In this document: in pieces, positions 8,499-18,146 of the stretch
How the letters are laid out: every line of letters begins with the position of its first letter
Position numbering within the stretch: the first letter of the stretch is position 1
Origin: Dehalococcoidia bacterium
GTDB taxonomy: Bacteria; Chloroflexota; Dehalococcoidia; GIF9; UBA5629
Length of the DNA: 64,000 nt
Assembly (NCBI GenBank): GCA_034435835.1
Contig: DAOTWF010000027.1
Coordinates: 15,725-79,724 of the forward strand
Reading direction: 5' to 3'
The notes under the pieces: generated by a model
The model's input: the letters and a program-made list of their open reading frames with translations, nothing else
The model's database searches: none
Told to the model about the DNA's origin: nothing
Position numbers and translations under genes: made by a program

Positions 8499-9425
8499 GT
8501 GCAATATGCTATAGAAACAACGGAACTAACGAAAAACTATAAAGGCAAGATAGCTGTTGACAAGTTAAACCTCCGGGTTCGTGAGGGTGAGGTTTTCGGC
8601 TTTCTGGGTCCCAATGGTGCCGGCAAGACAACGACCATATTGATGTTGCTCGGGCTCACTGAACCAACTTCCGGCATTGCCCATGTGTGCGGCTATGACC
8701 CAACGAGGGAGCCGTTGAAGGTAAAAAGGGTTGCCGGATATCTCCCGGAAAAAGTCGGTTTCTACGATGATATGACAGCACGAGAGAATCTTGAGTATAC
8801 GGCAGCCCTGAACGGACTTTCTGTAGAAGCCACGAAGAAAAAGATCGACGAACTTTTGGAACTGGTTGGACTGGCTGATGTTGTCGAACACAAGGTCGGC
8901 ACTTTCTCCCACGGGATGAAGCAGCGTCTTGGTATTGCCGACGTGATGATCAAGGATCCCAGGGTAGCATTCTTTGATGAACCGACTGCCGGTATCGATC
9001 CGGAGGGCACTGACCAGGTGTTGACTTTGATTAAGGGTATGGCACGAAGGAATGTCACCGTGTTCATATCGTCGCACCAGTTGCATCAGGTTCAGAAAGT
9101 GTGTACCAGGGTTGGTATAATGGCTAACGGACGGCTGGTGGCTGAGGGATCAATAGATGAGCTCGGCAGGAAAGTTATCGGCGGGGGGAAGTTCAGGATA
9201 GAGACTCAGGTCTCGTCGGTCAGCGATAGGCTGCTGAGCGGGGTAAAGGCTATCAGGGGTGTGAGTAGTGTAGAAGTAGAAGGTGACAGGCTGCTAATTG
9301 GCTGCGACGAGGATATAAGGCCACAGATCGCGCGTGCTATTGTAGAAAGTGATAGTCTGCTTCTCCAGATGAAGATTGAGGAATATAGTCTGGATGAGAT
9401 ATATCTTAAGTACTTTCGGGACTAA
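8499..9425 (+). CDS. ABC transporter ATP-binding protein
   Basis: Walker A GPNGAGKT, signature FSHGMKQR, Walker B FFDEP; GTG start 8499. Confidence 0.95.
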   Translation: MQYAIETTELTKNYKGKIAVDKLNLRVREGEVFGFLGPNGAGKTTTILMLLGLTEPTSGIAHVCGYDPTREPLKVKRVAGYLPEKVGFYDDMTARENLEYTAALNGLSVEATKKKIDELLELVGLADVVEHKVGTFSHGMKQRLGIADVMIKDPRVAFFDEPTAGIDPEGTDQVLTLIKGMARRNVTVFISSHQLHQVQKVCTRVGIMANGRLVAEGSIDELGRKVIGGGKFRIETQVSSVSDRLLSGVKAIRGVSSVEVEGDRLLIGCDEDIRPQIARAIVESDSLLLQMKIEEYSLDEIYLKYFRD

Positions 9426-9428
9426 CAT

Positions 9429-10379
9429 ATGAAAGGGCTAATGGCTGTTTTCTGGAAAGAGATCGGTGACCACTTCAGCAGTCTGCGGTTTATCATACTA
9501 TCGGTTCTTGTTTATTTAGCTGGCATAGCCACAATATACGTGGCGGCGCAAAACATAAGAGCGGATGTAACCGCAGCTACCAGATTTATCTTTTTGAGGC
9601 TTTTTATTGTGTCGGGTGAAAGCGTTCCCTTTTCCTTCCCCTTCTTTCTGGCGCTATTTATCCCCATAATCGGAATAGCACTGGGTTTTGATGCTATAAA
9701 CAGTGAGCGTACTAGTGGTAACCTGAGCCGCTTGCTTTCGCAGCCGCTTTATCGAGACTCGGTGATAAACGGTAAGTTTCTTGCCGGGATGGTGACTCTG
9801 TCTATCTTAGTACTGAGTATAGTAACACTGGTGGCTGGGATGGGGTTGCGTATGATAGGCATACCACCGACGGCAGAAGAGGTGTTGCGTCTTTTTATAT
9901 TTATCTTCGTCAGTATAGTTTACGGTGGGTTCTGGCTGTCCCTTGCCGTGCTTTTTTCGGTGCTTTTTAATCGTACGGCTACTTCAGCCTTGGCATCTGT
10001 CGCGGTGTGGCTCTTCATGTTTCTTTTCGTTGGCATGATAGCGACCTTTGTCGCCAACGCAGTCGTCCCTATTGACCAGAACGCTACAATTGACACCTTA
10101 GCCCGACATGATGAGACCTATCGGAGCATTAGCAGGGTCTCTCCGAGCACCCTGTATGGTGAAAGCGTGCAAGTATTGCTCATGCCAGAGTTGAGCAACC
10201 CCAGTTCCACCTTGATGCTGATCAGTATTTATACCGCTGGTATGATACCGACTCCGTTATCGCTAGGCCAGAGCCTTCTGATAGTATGGCCTCAGATTAC
10301 TAGTCTAATTGCCTTGACCGCGCTTTGTTTTGCTGCCTCTTATATAAAGTTTATGCGTGAGGAGATAAGGTCGACATAG
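9429..10379 (+). CDS. ABC-2 type permease
   Basis: Multiple TM segments; GFDAINSERTSGNLSRLLSQPLYRDSVINGKF motif. Confidence 0.88.
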   Translation: MKGLMAVFWKEIGDHFSSLRFIILSVLVYLAGIATIYVAAQNIRADVTAATRFIFLRLFIVSGESVPFSFPFFLALFIPIIGIALGFDAINSERTSGNLSRLLSQPLYRDSVINGKFLAGMVTLSILVLSIVTLVAGMGLRMIGIPPTAEEVLRLFIFIFVSIVYGGFWLSLAVLFSVLFNRTATSALASVAVWLFMFLFVGMIATFVANAVVPIDQNATIDTLARHDETYRSISRVSPSTLYGESVQVLLMPELSNPSSTLMLISIYTAGMIPTPLSLGQSLLIVWPQITSLIALTALCFAASYIKFMREEIRST

Positions 10380-10429
10380 GCGCGCTTTTGTATTGCTTGT
10401 CTTGCCATTTGTGAACGGAAGGCGGAATC

Positions 10430-11053
10430 GTGATAATAAAGCATTTAGTCGTTGGGCCACTAGCCTGCAACTGCTATATTGTGGCTTCTGATGTCGATGG
10501 ACAGGGGATTATCATAGACCCTGGTGCGGAAGCCAAGGCTATCCTTAAAGCTGTTTCTGATCTGAGATTGTCAATTCCTCTGATTGTGGTTACGCATGCC
10601 CATTTTGACCATGTTGGTGCGTTGCCGGCGGTGAAGGAGACAACGGGCGCCGAGCTGGCGATACACAAAGCGGAAGCGTCGATGAGGATGGGAGGGTTTG
10701 CCCGCATGCTGGCTTCCATGACCGGCGGGTCTTTTGCTAAGCCACCGCAGCCAGAGCGGTTGCTCGAGGACGGTGACATTATTGAAGTAGATGGTTTGTG
10801 CTTCACTGTTTTGCATACACCTGGGCATAGTCCAGGGGGCATAAGCCTCTATGGTCATGGAGTGGTGTTTACCGGAGATACGCTGTTTAATTATGGTGTC
10901 GGCAGGAGCGATTTCCCCGGCTGCAGCCACAGGCAGCTTATCCAGAGTATCATGACCAAATTGATGTCGCTCCCCGATGATACCGTTGTTTATCCAGGTC
11001 ACGGCCCCCGGACAACTATAGGAGAAGAAAGAAGAGGCAACCCATTCCTTTGA
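10430..11053 (+). CDS. Metallo-beta-lactamase fold hydrolase (glyoxalase II-like)
   Basis: THAHFDHVG, HTPGHSPG, FTGDTLF, YPGHG. Confidence 0.93.
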   Translation: MIIKHLVVGPLACNCYIVASDVDGQGIIIDPGAEAKAILKAVSDLRLSIPLIVVTHAHFDHVGALPAVKETTGAELAIHKAEASMRMGGFARMLASMTGGSFAKPPQPERLLEDGDIIEVDGLCFTVLHTPGHSPGGISLYGHGVVFTGDTLFNYGVGRSDFPGCSHRQLIQSIMTKLMSLPDDTVVYPGHGPRTTIGEERRGNPFL

Positions 11054-11092
11054 GGCTGCCTCTTCTACATGAGGCTTATTATCTTTTTTCCT

Positions 11093-13303
11093 CTAGACGA
11101 TCCATAAGGGGCAGAGCACCAGCGTCACCGTGGCGATGAGTTTGGCGACGATGTGAAGGGAGGGACCAACCGTATCTTTCAACGGGTCACCGACCGTGTC
11201 ACCAGCAACCGCAGCTGCGTGTGTTGGTGAACCTTTGCCGATGACGTTTCCAGCTTGGTCTTTGAGCTGTCCGTCCTCGATGTATTTTTTGGCGTTATCC
11301 CAGGCACCGCCACCATTGTTCATGAACGATGCAAGAAGGATGGAGGCAAAGGTGCCTACCATGAGGAAGGAGCCCACTGCTGCCGGGGCGCTGAACCCGC
11401 TTATCTTGACATAGGCAAAGAAGACGCCAATTACCACAGGCAAGAGCACTGGTAGCAGGCCTGGTGCTATCATTCCTTTAAGGGCTGCCCGGGTGGTGAT
11501 GTCAACAGCTCGAGCATAGTCTGGACGGGTGGTGCCTGCCATTATCCCGGGGTCTGACTTTATCTGACGAAGCACCTCATCTATTATCTTGCTAGCTGCG
11601 TTGCCCACCGACCGCAGCGCCCAGGCGCTGAAAAGGAACACCATCATTATCGCCAGCACAGCTCCAATAAGCACTTCAGGGATGACCAGGTTTATGTTGA
11701 AGAGCTCTCCTTCCTTACCCTGGAAGAGCAACACCCTATCGAAGTAAGCCTGAAAGAGCAGAAAGCCTGCCAGCCCCGCGGATACCATGGCATAGCCCTT
11801 GGTCAGGGCTTTGGTGGTGTTACCGGTAGCATCGAGGCGGTCAGTTATCCTCCTTATATGGTCGCCCACCTTTGTAAACTCGTTGATACCGTTGGCGTTG
11901 TCGGTTATAGGCCCAAAGGTGTCCTCGGCGAGGATAAAGGGGCAGGTCATCAGCATGCCCATGGTGGCTATTGCTGTGCCGTAAGCGCCACTGATCCACC
12001 ACGGCAGGTCAAGGCCGGAGAGGGTACCAAACCAGTAGGTAAGTGCCAGAGCAATACAGATGACCAGTGCAGTGGGCATTATGGTCTCGAAGCCAACGGA
12101 CATGCCCGTTACAAAGTTTGTCGCCGGGCCAGTTCGGGAAGCCTCGGCAATGCTTCTTGTCGGTCTGTACCTTGCCTCGGTGTAATACTGTGTAACGTAG
12201 ACTACGATCACGCTGGTGATGATACCGATAAGTCCTGCTCCCATGAGCCATAACCATCCTGATGCCAGCGGCCCAAACATGACTTTGCAGATGCCGACCA
12301 TTGACGCAGCACAGAGGGCTAGCGCCACATAGTAGCCACGGTTTAGAGCATCCATCGGGTTTTCGCCCTCTCGGCGACTGTACACTGCCAGTATGCCGAT
12401 CATGCTGGCGATGATACCACAGGCACGGATGACTAGGGGGAAGAGTACCCACCCCACCGCAGTCAGTGGTGCCATGCCTGCTTTGACCGAAATAAGGTAT
12501 AGAGCGGTGCCGATTATCATGGCGCCGATGTTCTCGGCTGCGGTGGACTCGAACAGATCCGCGCCACGGCCGGCGCAATCGCCCACATTGTCGCCAACCT
12601 GATCAGCGATTACAGCAGCATTCCGTGGGTCATCCTCGGGGATGCCTGCCTCTACCTTGCCTGCAAGGTCAGCGCCCATGTCGGCAGCTTTGGTATAGAT
12701 TCCGCCGCCAAGCTGTGCGAAAAGGGCTACCATGCTGGCTCCGAAGCCGAAGGCGACGATAAGGTGGGGAGCAATCTCGGGGTGAGTGGCTCCGCCATAA
12801 GCGAAGAACATTATGGTTACTCCCAGCAGACTGAGGGTGACGATCAGGAACCCGGAGACAGCTCCACCTCGTAATGCAACTTTAATGGCTTCATTGAGGC
12901 CCCGGTGGGAAGCGGCAGCACAGCGTACATTCGACTTTACCGCAATCCACATCCCTACAATGCCGGAGATGCAGGAGCAGAGTCCTCCTACAAGGAAAGC
13001 CAGCGCCGTTCGCCAGCCCAAGCCAATTGCTGAGACCCCCAGCATTTCCAGTTCTGCGGGACTGCTCAGTCTGGCGAGCAGGAATCCGATTAACGCTGCC
13101 ACTACTACTGCGGTAATGCCGATGGTGGAGTACTGGCGGCGTATAAATGCCCAGGCACCTTCGGCAATTCTTGAGTTCACGTCCTGCATTGCCGCTGTAC
13201 CTGCATCTGCCCGCAAGATATACCTTATGAGTGCTAGGGCGAATACAATACCGATAGCGCAACCCACTACCACCACCCAGAAGATTCCAGGGACCTGTGC
13301 CAT
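11093..13303 (-). CDS. hppA: Membrane H+-translocating pyrophosphatase, K+-independent type
   Basis: GGIYTKAADMGADLAGKVE, DQVGDNVGD, EDTFGPITDNA, GNTTKA (Lys determinant), GDTVGDPLKD. Confidence 0.93.
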   Translation of the reverse strand: MAQVPGIFWVVVVGCAIGIVFALALIRYILRADAGTAAMQDVNSRIAEGAWAFIRRQYSTIGITAVVVAALIGFLLARLSSPAELEMLGVSAIGLGWRTALAFLVGGLCSCISGIVGMWIAVKSNVRCAAASHRGLNEAIKVALRGGAVSGFLIVTLSLLGVTIMFFAYGGATHPEIAPHLIVAFGFGASMVALFAQLGGGIYTKAADMGADLAGKVEAGIPEDDPRNAAVIADQVGDNVGDCAGRGADLFESTAAENIGAMIIGTALYLISVKAGMAPLTAVGWVLFPLVIRACGIIASMIGILAVYSRREGENPMDALNRGYYVALALCAASMVGICKVMFGPLASGWLWLMGAGLIGIITSVIVVYVTQYYTEARYRPTRSIAEASRTGPATNFVTGMSVGFETIMPTALVICIALALTYWFGTLSGLDLPWWISGAYGTAIATMGMLMTCPFILAEDTFGPITDNANGINEFTKVGDHIRRITDRLDATGNTTKALTKGYAMVSAGLAGFLLFQAYFDRVLLFQGKEGELFNINLVIPEVLIGAVLAIMMVFLFSAWALRSVGNAASKIIDEVLRQIKSDPGIMAGTTRPDYARAVDITTRAALKGMIAPGLLPVLLPVVIGVFFAYVKISGFSAPAAVGSFLMVGTFASILLASFMNNGGGAWDNAKKYIEDGQLKDQAGNVIGKGSPTHAAAVAGDTVGDPLKDTVGPSLHIVAKLIATVTLVLCPLWIV

Positions 13304-13442
13304 ATTCACCTCCTAGATATAGAGAATTTGTGGCGAACTAGAATAAAGCTCCAGGGTAACTTTAGAGACTTGTGAGCGGCATGATTCGCTGGATGAAGAT
13401 TGCCTTGCATCTCATTACTCTGACCAGTTAAATTAGCGGCAT

Positions 13443-13472
13443 ATTTTAGTACAAAAACCCAGTTTGCGTCAA
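13443..13472 (-). promoter_or_regulatory. Promoter for hppA
   Basis: TTGACG-N18-TAAAAT on the minus strand. Confidence 0.55.
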
Positions 13473-13564
13473 TTGTTGGTAAACAATACCCTGACCGCGG
13501 TTCCGCTTGTTGGCGCTTTGTCCCCGCTTGCGGGAGCGGGTAAAATAGACTGGGCAGGCAAGAG

Positions 13565-16138
13565 GTGTTATTAACTCCACTTCGTAGACAGTATCTCAGG
13601 ATAAAGCAGCGATACCCGGAAGCCATAGTGTTCTTCAGGCTGGGCGACTTCTATGAGACATTCGATGAAGATGCCAGGGTTACATCGAGGGAGCTGGGTA
13701 TCACTTTAACCTCGCGCGAGATGGGTAAGGGGCAGAGGGTACCGATGGCTGGTATCCCATTCCATGCTTTAGACAATTATCTGGCTAAACTGATTAACAA
13801 TGGGCACAAGGTAGCTATATGCGAACAACTTAGCCCACCCGGCAAAGGACTGGTGGAACGGGATGTTATCAGGGTGGTGACACCGGGCACGGTGGTTGAA
13901 CCGACACTTCTAAGCGAGAAGAGCAACAACTATCTGATAGGCCTGATTATCAATGGAGACGAAGCAGGACTCGCCTATACCGATATCTCTACTGGTGAGT
14001 TTGCCACCACACAGTTGCCAGCGAGCCAGGTCACCAATGAACTCGACCGTCTCCGGCCAAGAGAAATGGTGGTGTCAACAAGTTTTGACTCAGACTGGAT
14101 TGATCCCTCCGTTACTGTAAGCAGGATTGATGATTACTGGTTTGACCATGAGGTGGCTCGTAACCTGGTGCTGAATCATTTTGCAGTGGTGTCTCTCGAG
14201 GGTTTCGGCTGTGCACATCTACCGCTGGCTGTGCAGGCGGCGGGCGCCGTACTACGCTATATCCAGGAAAACCAGAAAGCTGCCTTAGGGCAGTTGACTC
14301 AGTTATCGACATACTCCACTCAGGTGTTTATGTTGCTCGATGCGCAGACACGCCGAAATCTAGAGCTATTTGTCAGTGCCCGACAGGGCACAAGCACCGG
14401 CTCTCTGGTTTCGGTGCTCGATACGACCTGTACGTCTATGGGCGGAAGACTTCTCAGGAGATGGCTGGCTCAACCTCTTATTGACATAAAACAAATTCAG
14501 AAGCGGCAGGAAGCTGTTGAAAGCCTGTTTCAGAACACGGTATTGAGGCACAGGCTAGTTTCTCTTCTCAGAGATATTCCTGACCTTGAGCGACTGATAA
14601 ACCGGGTGAGGGGAGGCACAGCAGCCCCGCGCGACCTTATTGCTTTGTGCTCCGGTTTGGAAAAGGTCGGCATAATACGCGAAGAGCTGGGAAAAAGCGG
14701 CTGGCGATGGGAGTGGCTGGATGACGAGATGAGGTCGTTCCCCGAAGCCGTGGACCTAATACGGAGATCGCTTGTCGATAGCCCATCCAGTAGCTTGGAA
14801 GAAGGTGGGGTAATAAGGGAAGGTTTTTCCACAGAGCTGGACGAGGTCAGGGCAGCTGTGAGACGGGCGCGGGAATACTTGGCAAACTTGGAGCAGCAGG
14901 AGAGAGAGCGCACCAAAATCAAATCCCTGAAGGTGGGCTACAATAGCGTCTTCGGCTACTATCTGGAGGTGTCCAAGCCCAATCTTCACTTGGTTCCCCC
15001 GGAGTATATTCGTAAGCAGACTCTCGCCAATGCCGAAAGATTTTTTACTCCGGAACTGAAAGAATATGAGTCGGTGATCCTTAACGGGCGCGAGAGGATT
15101 GCTGAACTTGAAACGTTGCTCTTCCGCCAGGTGTGTCAGCAGATAGCTGGTTTTGGGGACGGGATTTTGTCTGCGAGCAGGGCTCTGGCTGAGGTGGATG
15201 TGTTTTTGAGCCTAGCTGAAGTGGCTGTCAGATACGGATATGTAAAGCCGGAATTGAACACAGACAATGCTATAACCATCCGTGGCGGACGACATCCCGT
15301 GGTGGAGAGGAGCTTAGGCACCGATGCTTTTATACCGAACGACACCTATCTTTGCAACGATGATGCGCAAATAATCATCCTGACCGGTCCCAATATGTCA
15401 GGCAAGTCCACCTATCTCAAGCAGGTGGCACTGATCGTGCTTTTGGCACAAGTTGGCAGCTTTGTCCCTGCTGAATCAGCGACAATAGGAATTGTTGACC
15501 GCATATTTACCAGGATCGGGGCTCAGGAAGACCTGGCGGCAGGGCAGTCGACATTCATGGTTGAGATGGTGGAGACAGCTAATATACTTAACAACGCAAC
15601 ACCGAAATCCTTGGTCGTCCTGGATGAAATCGGGCGAGGAACGAGCACATATGACGGGCTTTCCATTGCTTGGGCAGTGGTGGAACATATCCATAACCAT
15701 CCTAGCCTGGGGGCTAAAACGCTCTTTGCCACACATTATCATGAACTGGTGGCACTGGGTAACCTCCTGCCGCGGGTGAAGAATTTCAATGTGGCGGTGA
15801 CGGAGGAAGGAGGGAAGGTAGTCTTTCTGCGTAAAGTTGTGCTTGGTGGTGCTGATAAAAGCTATGGCATTCACGTCGCCCAGCTGGCTGGACTGCCAAA
15901 AACGGTGATAAGGAGAGCGCAGACAGTATTGGAGCAGATGGAGGGCGGTCGGGCACCATCGAGGTGGGAGCGTCGTGTAGTTGGTGGCAAGGAAGCTGGC
16001 CATCAATTGCCGCTTTTTGATAACAGAGGAGCGCTTTTCAGGGAAATAAGCCAGATGGATGTTGACTCGATGACACCCTTGGAGGCGATAACCAAGTTAT
16101 ACGAGTTAAAGAAGAAAGCCCGAGAAGCCGGTTTGTAA
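13565..16138 (+). CDS. mutS: DNA mismatch repair protein MutS
   Basis: FFRLGDFYETF, TGPNMSGKSTY, STFMVEM, LDEIGRGTST, FATHYHEL, SYGIHVAQLAGLP. Confidence 0.98.
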   Translation: MLLTPLRRQYLRIKQRYPEAIVFFRLGDFYETFDEDARVTSRELGITLTSREMGKGQRVPMAGIPFHALDNYLAKLINNGHKVAICEQLSPPGKGLVERDVIRVVTPGTVVEPTLLSEKSNNYLIGLIINGDEAGLAYTDISTGEFATTQLPASQVTNELDRLRPREMVVSTSFDSDWIDPSVTVSRIDDYWFDHEVARNLVLNHFAVVSLEGFGCAHLPLAVQAAGAVLRYIQENQKAALGQLTQLSTYSTQVFMLLDAQTRRNLELFVSARQGTSTGSLVSVLDTTCTSMGGRLLRRWLAQPLIDIKQIQKRQEAVESLFQNTVLRHRLVSLLRDIPDLERLINRVRGGTAAPRDLIALCSGLEKVGIIREELGKSGWRWEWLDDEMRSFPEAVDLIRRSLVDSPSSSLEEGGVIREGFSTELDEVRAAVRRAREYLANLEQQERERTKIKSLKVGYNSVFGYYLEVSKPNLHLVPPEYIRKQTLANAERFFTPELKEYESVILNGRERIAELETLLFRQVCQQIAGFGDGILSASRALAEVDVFLSLAEVAVRYGYVKPELNTDNAITIRGGRHPVVERSLGTDAFIPNDTYLCNDDAQIIILTGPNMSGKSTYLKQVALIVLLAQVGSFVPAESATIGIVDRIFTRIGAQEDLAAGQSTFMVEMVETANILNNATPKSLVVLDEIGRGTSTYDGLSIAWAVVEHIHNHPSLGAKTLFATHYHELVALGNLLPRVKNFNVAVTEEGGKVVFLRKVVLGGADKSYGIHVAQLAGLPKTVIRRAQTVLEQMEGGRAPSRWERRVVGGKEAGHQLPLFDNRGALFREISQMDVDSMTPLEAITKLYELKKKAREAGL

Positions 16139-16222
16139 ACAGTGCGAGGTGGCTCTGTACCAGCCTTTTTGCGGGTGATAAAATTTTTTCAAGACTCTGC
16201 CAGGAAGGTATGGTAATAATAG

Positions 16223-17065
16223 ATGTCCAGAAGGAAGATAGTAAGACTTTCGGATGGTGATATCAGGTTTCTGATAGAAACGGTTGCCCCCCAGTTGCTC
16301 GGCAGGCTGGATGTAATAAAGAATGATGCCCAGCTTATTGAAGGTATGCTGGATCAGGAGATAGAGAAGGTCTTTCAGAGGATGGTGCTTACGGGCGAAG
16401 AGAGGGTGATGACTTCTATTTCACCTGCTTTTCTCTTCGAAGTACTGCTGCGGAAGGCTGCTAGGGATCTTAGGACACAGAGCTGTACGATAGAGAAAAT
16501 TGGCTTTCAAAATGTGCCGGTATTCGATGCCCGAGAGGTGGTGGATTTTCTTTCTCAAGAAGGAAGTGTGGAATATCTGGCTGACATGCTTGCCTCTTTT
16601 ACCAAAATTCGGAGTTTTGCTGTAGCTGTCCGAGTGCGGAGAGGTATATGGCGGAGGTTCAGGTTCAGTGATATGGATGTTGACAGTCTAATAAAGTTTT
16701 GTGAGAGCGTGGATGATGAGCACAGGTTTGCCTTGTACAAGAGGATAGCTGACCTGTGCCTGTTTATTCTAGGCGTGTTCCCTGAATACGTGATACCCAG
16801 CTATCAAGTCGCTCCGGATATGGGTGTAGCTCGTCTTGGTGCCGGGAGGAGGTTTGCCTGGTCTGCTGAAGACTATGAGGGGGTGGGTAAACGGTTTTAC
16901 AAACTGGCTGGCTCGCACAGGGATGCGGATATTCTGGGGCTTGCTGAAGTCTTGCATCGCTTCCATGAAAAATTCAGTCTCGCCAGAAAGCCCCTTATTT
17001 ATATTTCGGAGAACTTGCTTAAGTCGAGAAAGCGGAAGCTTTTCCCCTCAATTTCGCCCAACTGA
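16223..17065 (+). CDS. Conserved-looking hypothetical protein
   Basis: Clean 280-aa ORF filling the intergenic space; motifs YLADMLASF and YKRIADLCLFILGVFPEY; no family recognised. Confidence 0.75.
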   Translation: MSRRKIVRLSDGDIRFLIETVAPQLLGRLDVIKNDAQLIEGMLDQEIEKVFQRMVLTGEERVMTSISPAFLFEVLLRKAARDLRTQSCTIEKIGFQNVPVFDAREVVDFLSQEGSVEYLADMLASFTKIRSFAVAVRVRRGIWRRFRFSDMDVDSLIKFCESVDDEHRFALYKRIADLCLFILGVFPEYVIPSYQVAPDMGVARLGAGRRFAWSAEDYEGVGKRFYKLAGSHRDADILGLAEVLHRFHEKFSLARKPLIYISENLLKSRKRKLFPSISPN

Positions 17066-17096
17066 GGGGCGATATCTGCTGGTTATGGTTGTTTGC

Positions 17097-17122
17097 TGTG
17101 CAGTTATAATGTGCAGTTATAT
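17097..17122 (+). repeat. Tandem direct repeat TGTGCAGTTATA(A/T) x2
   Basis: Read directly from the intergenic sequence. Confidence 0.7.
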
Positions 17123-17159
17123 AATAGGATGAGGGCGATATAGTATAGGTTGGTATCTA

Positions 17160-18077
17160 ATGAGCGGTATCAGGAGGTTTTTTTCGGGGCTCTTCTGTCT
17201 GTTGCTGGTCTCTGTGCTGTCTTTATTAGGGCTTGTTACCACGCTAAATCTGACCGTACTTAATCCTGATTTTATGGTAGCTGAGCTCAAGCAGCTAGAT
17301 ATTTACTCCCAGTTGGCCAGCCAACTGGAGTCTTTTCTTCGGGGGCAAGGTATCTTGGAGCGTGATGTTGAGGTTGCGCTTTCAGGGCTTGCGCTCGAGC
17401 TAGAGCAGAAAAGTGAGGATGTTATCCGTCATATCTACAGTTCTATTGGCAAGGGCGAAACAGAAACAGCTATTTATCTCGGTGAGATAAGGCAGATAAT
17501 AAAAGATTACGCTGCTAGGGCTATGTCTCTGTCACCGGAGCTTCGAGGCGCTCCAACGGGTGATATGGAGGCTGTTATTTCAAGGATATACAGCGAGATC
17601 GATGGCATGGTGCCAGAGAGCATAATGCTCAGCGATTACATCCTAGGGACGGAAGCAGTGTCTCAACTTAACTTGATAAAGCGGATACCTGCTTATCTCC
17701 GGGACCTCGAGCGCGTGCTAATTATGCCGGCTGTGGTATTGGTGTTGTTGATCTGTTTGGTGCATTGGTGGCAGCCGAAACCCATTGCTCAGGCGCTTGG
17801 CGTTGTTTTTATCACGGTGGGTGTTGGCTCTGTAGTAGTCTCATTGTTTGGTTCTCTTGGGGATATATTGCTCGGTTTTCTCACTGTGCCTCATGGCTCT
17901 TATTCACAGCTTCAGTCAAGCATATTTCAGTTGTTCAATGATATCTTGAAGCCTATGCGCATGTATGGTTTCGGATTTGCGGGCGCCGGGATATGTTTAA
18001 TCATAGTATCTGTACTGTGGAGGACAGCGCCGGCTGGTATCCGTGCTGTGCCTGACCAGGTTGGTGGGCGAGCATAG
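17160..18077 (+). CDS. Hypothetical membrane protein
   Basis: N-terminal TM, about 150-aa loop, three C-terminal TMs. Confidence 0.7.
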   Translation: MSGIRRFFSGLFCLLLVSVLSLLGLVTTLNLTVLNPDFMVAELKQLDIYSQLASQLESFLRGQGILERDVEVALSGLALELEQKSEDVIRHIYSSIGKGETETAIYLGEIRQIIKDYAARAMSLSPELRGAPTGDMEAVISRIYSEIDGMVPESIMLSDYILGTEAVSQLNLIKRIPAYLRDLERVLIMPAVVLVLLICLVHWWQPKPIAQALGVVFITVGVGSVVVSLFGSLGDILLGFLTVPHGSYSQLQSSIFQLFNDILKPMRMYGFGFAGAGICLIIVSVLWRTAPAGIRAVPDQVGGRA

Positions 18078-18101
18078 TAGATACTTCTTCCGGGAACGGC
18101 T

Positions 18102-18130
18102 TTGCAAAATGCCCCCCTTTGAGCTATTAT
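18102..18130 (+). promoter_or_regulatory. Promoter for the arg cluster
   Basis: TTGCAA-N17-TATTAT. Confidence 0.5.
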
Positions 18131-18146
18131 TTGGCTTCAGTCGGAG

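Noticed and set aside
13306-13410. Possible 34-aa uORF (MQGNLHPANH...SRR) ending in the hppA SD
   Set aside because: No convincing SD and no distinctive composition; compatible with chance.
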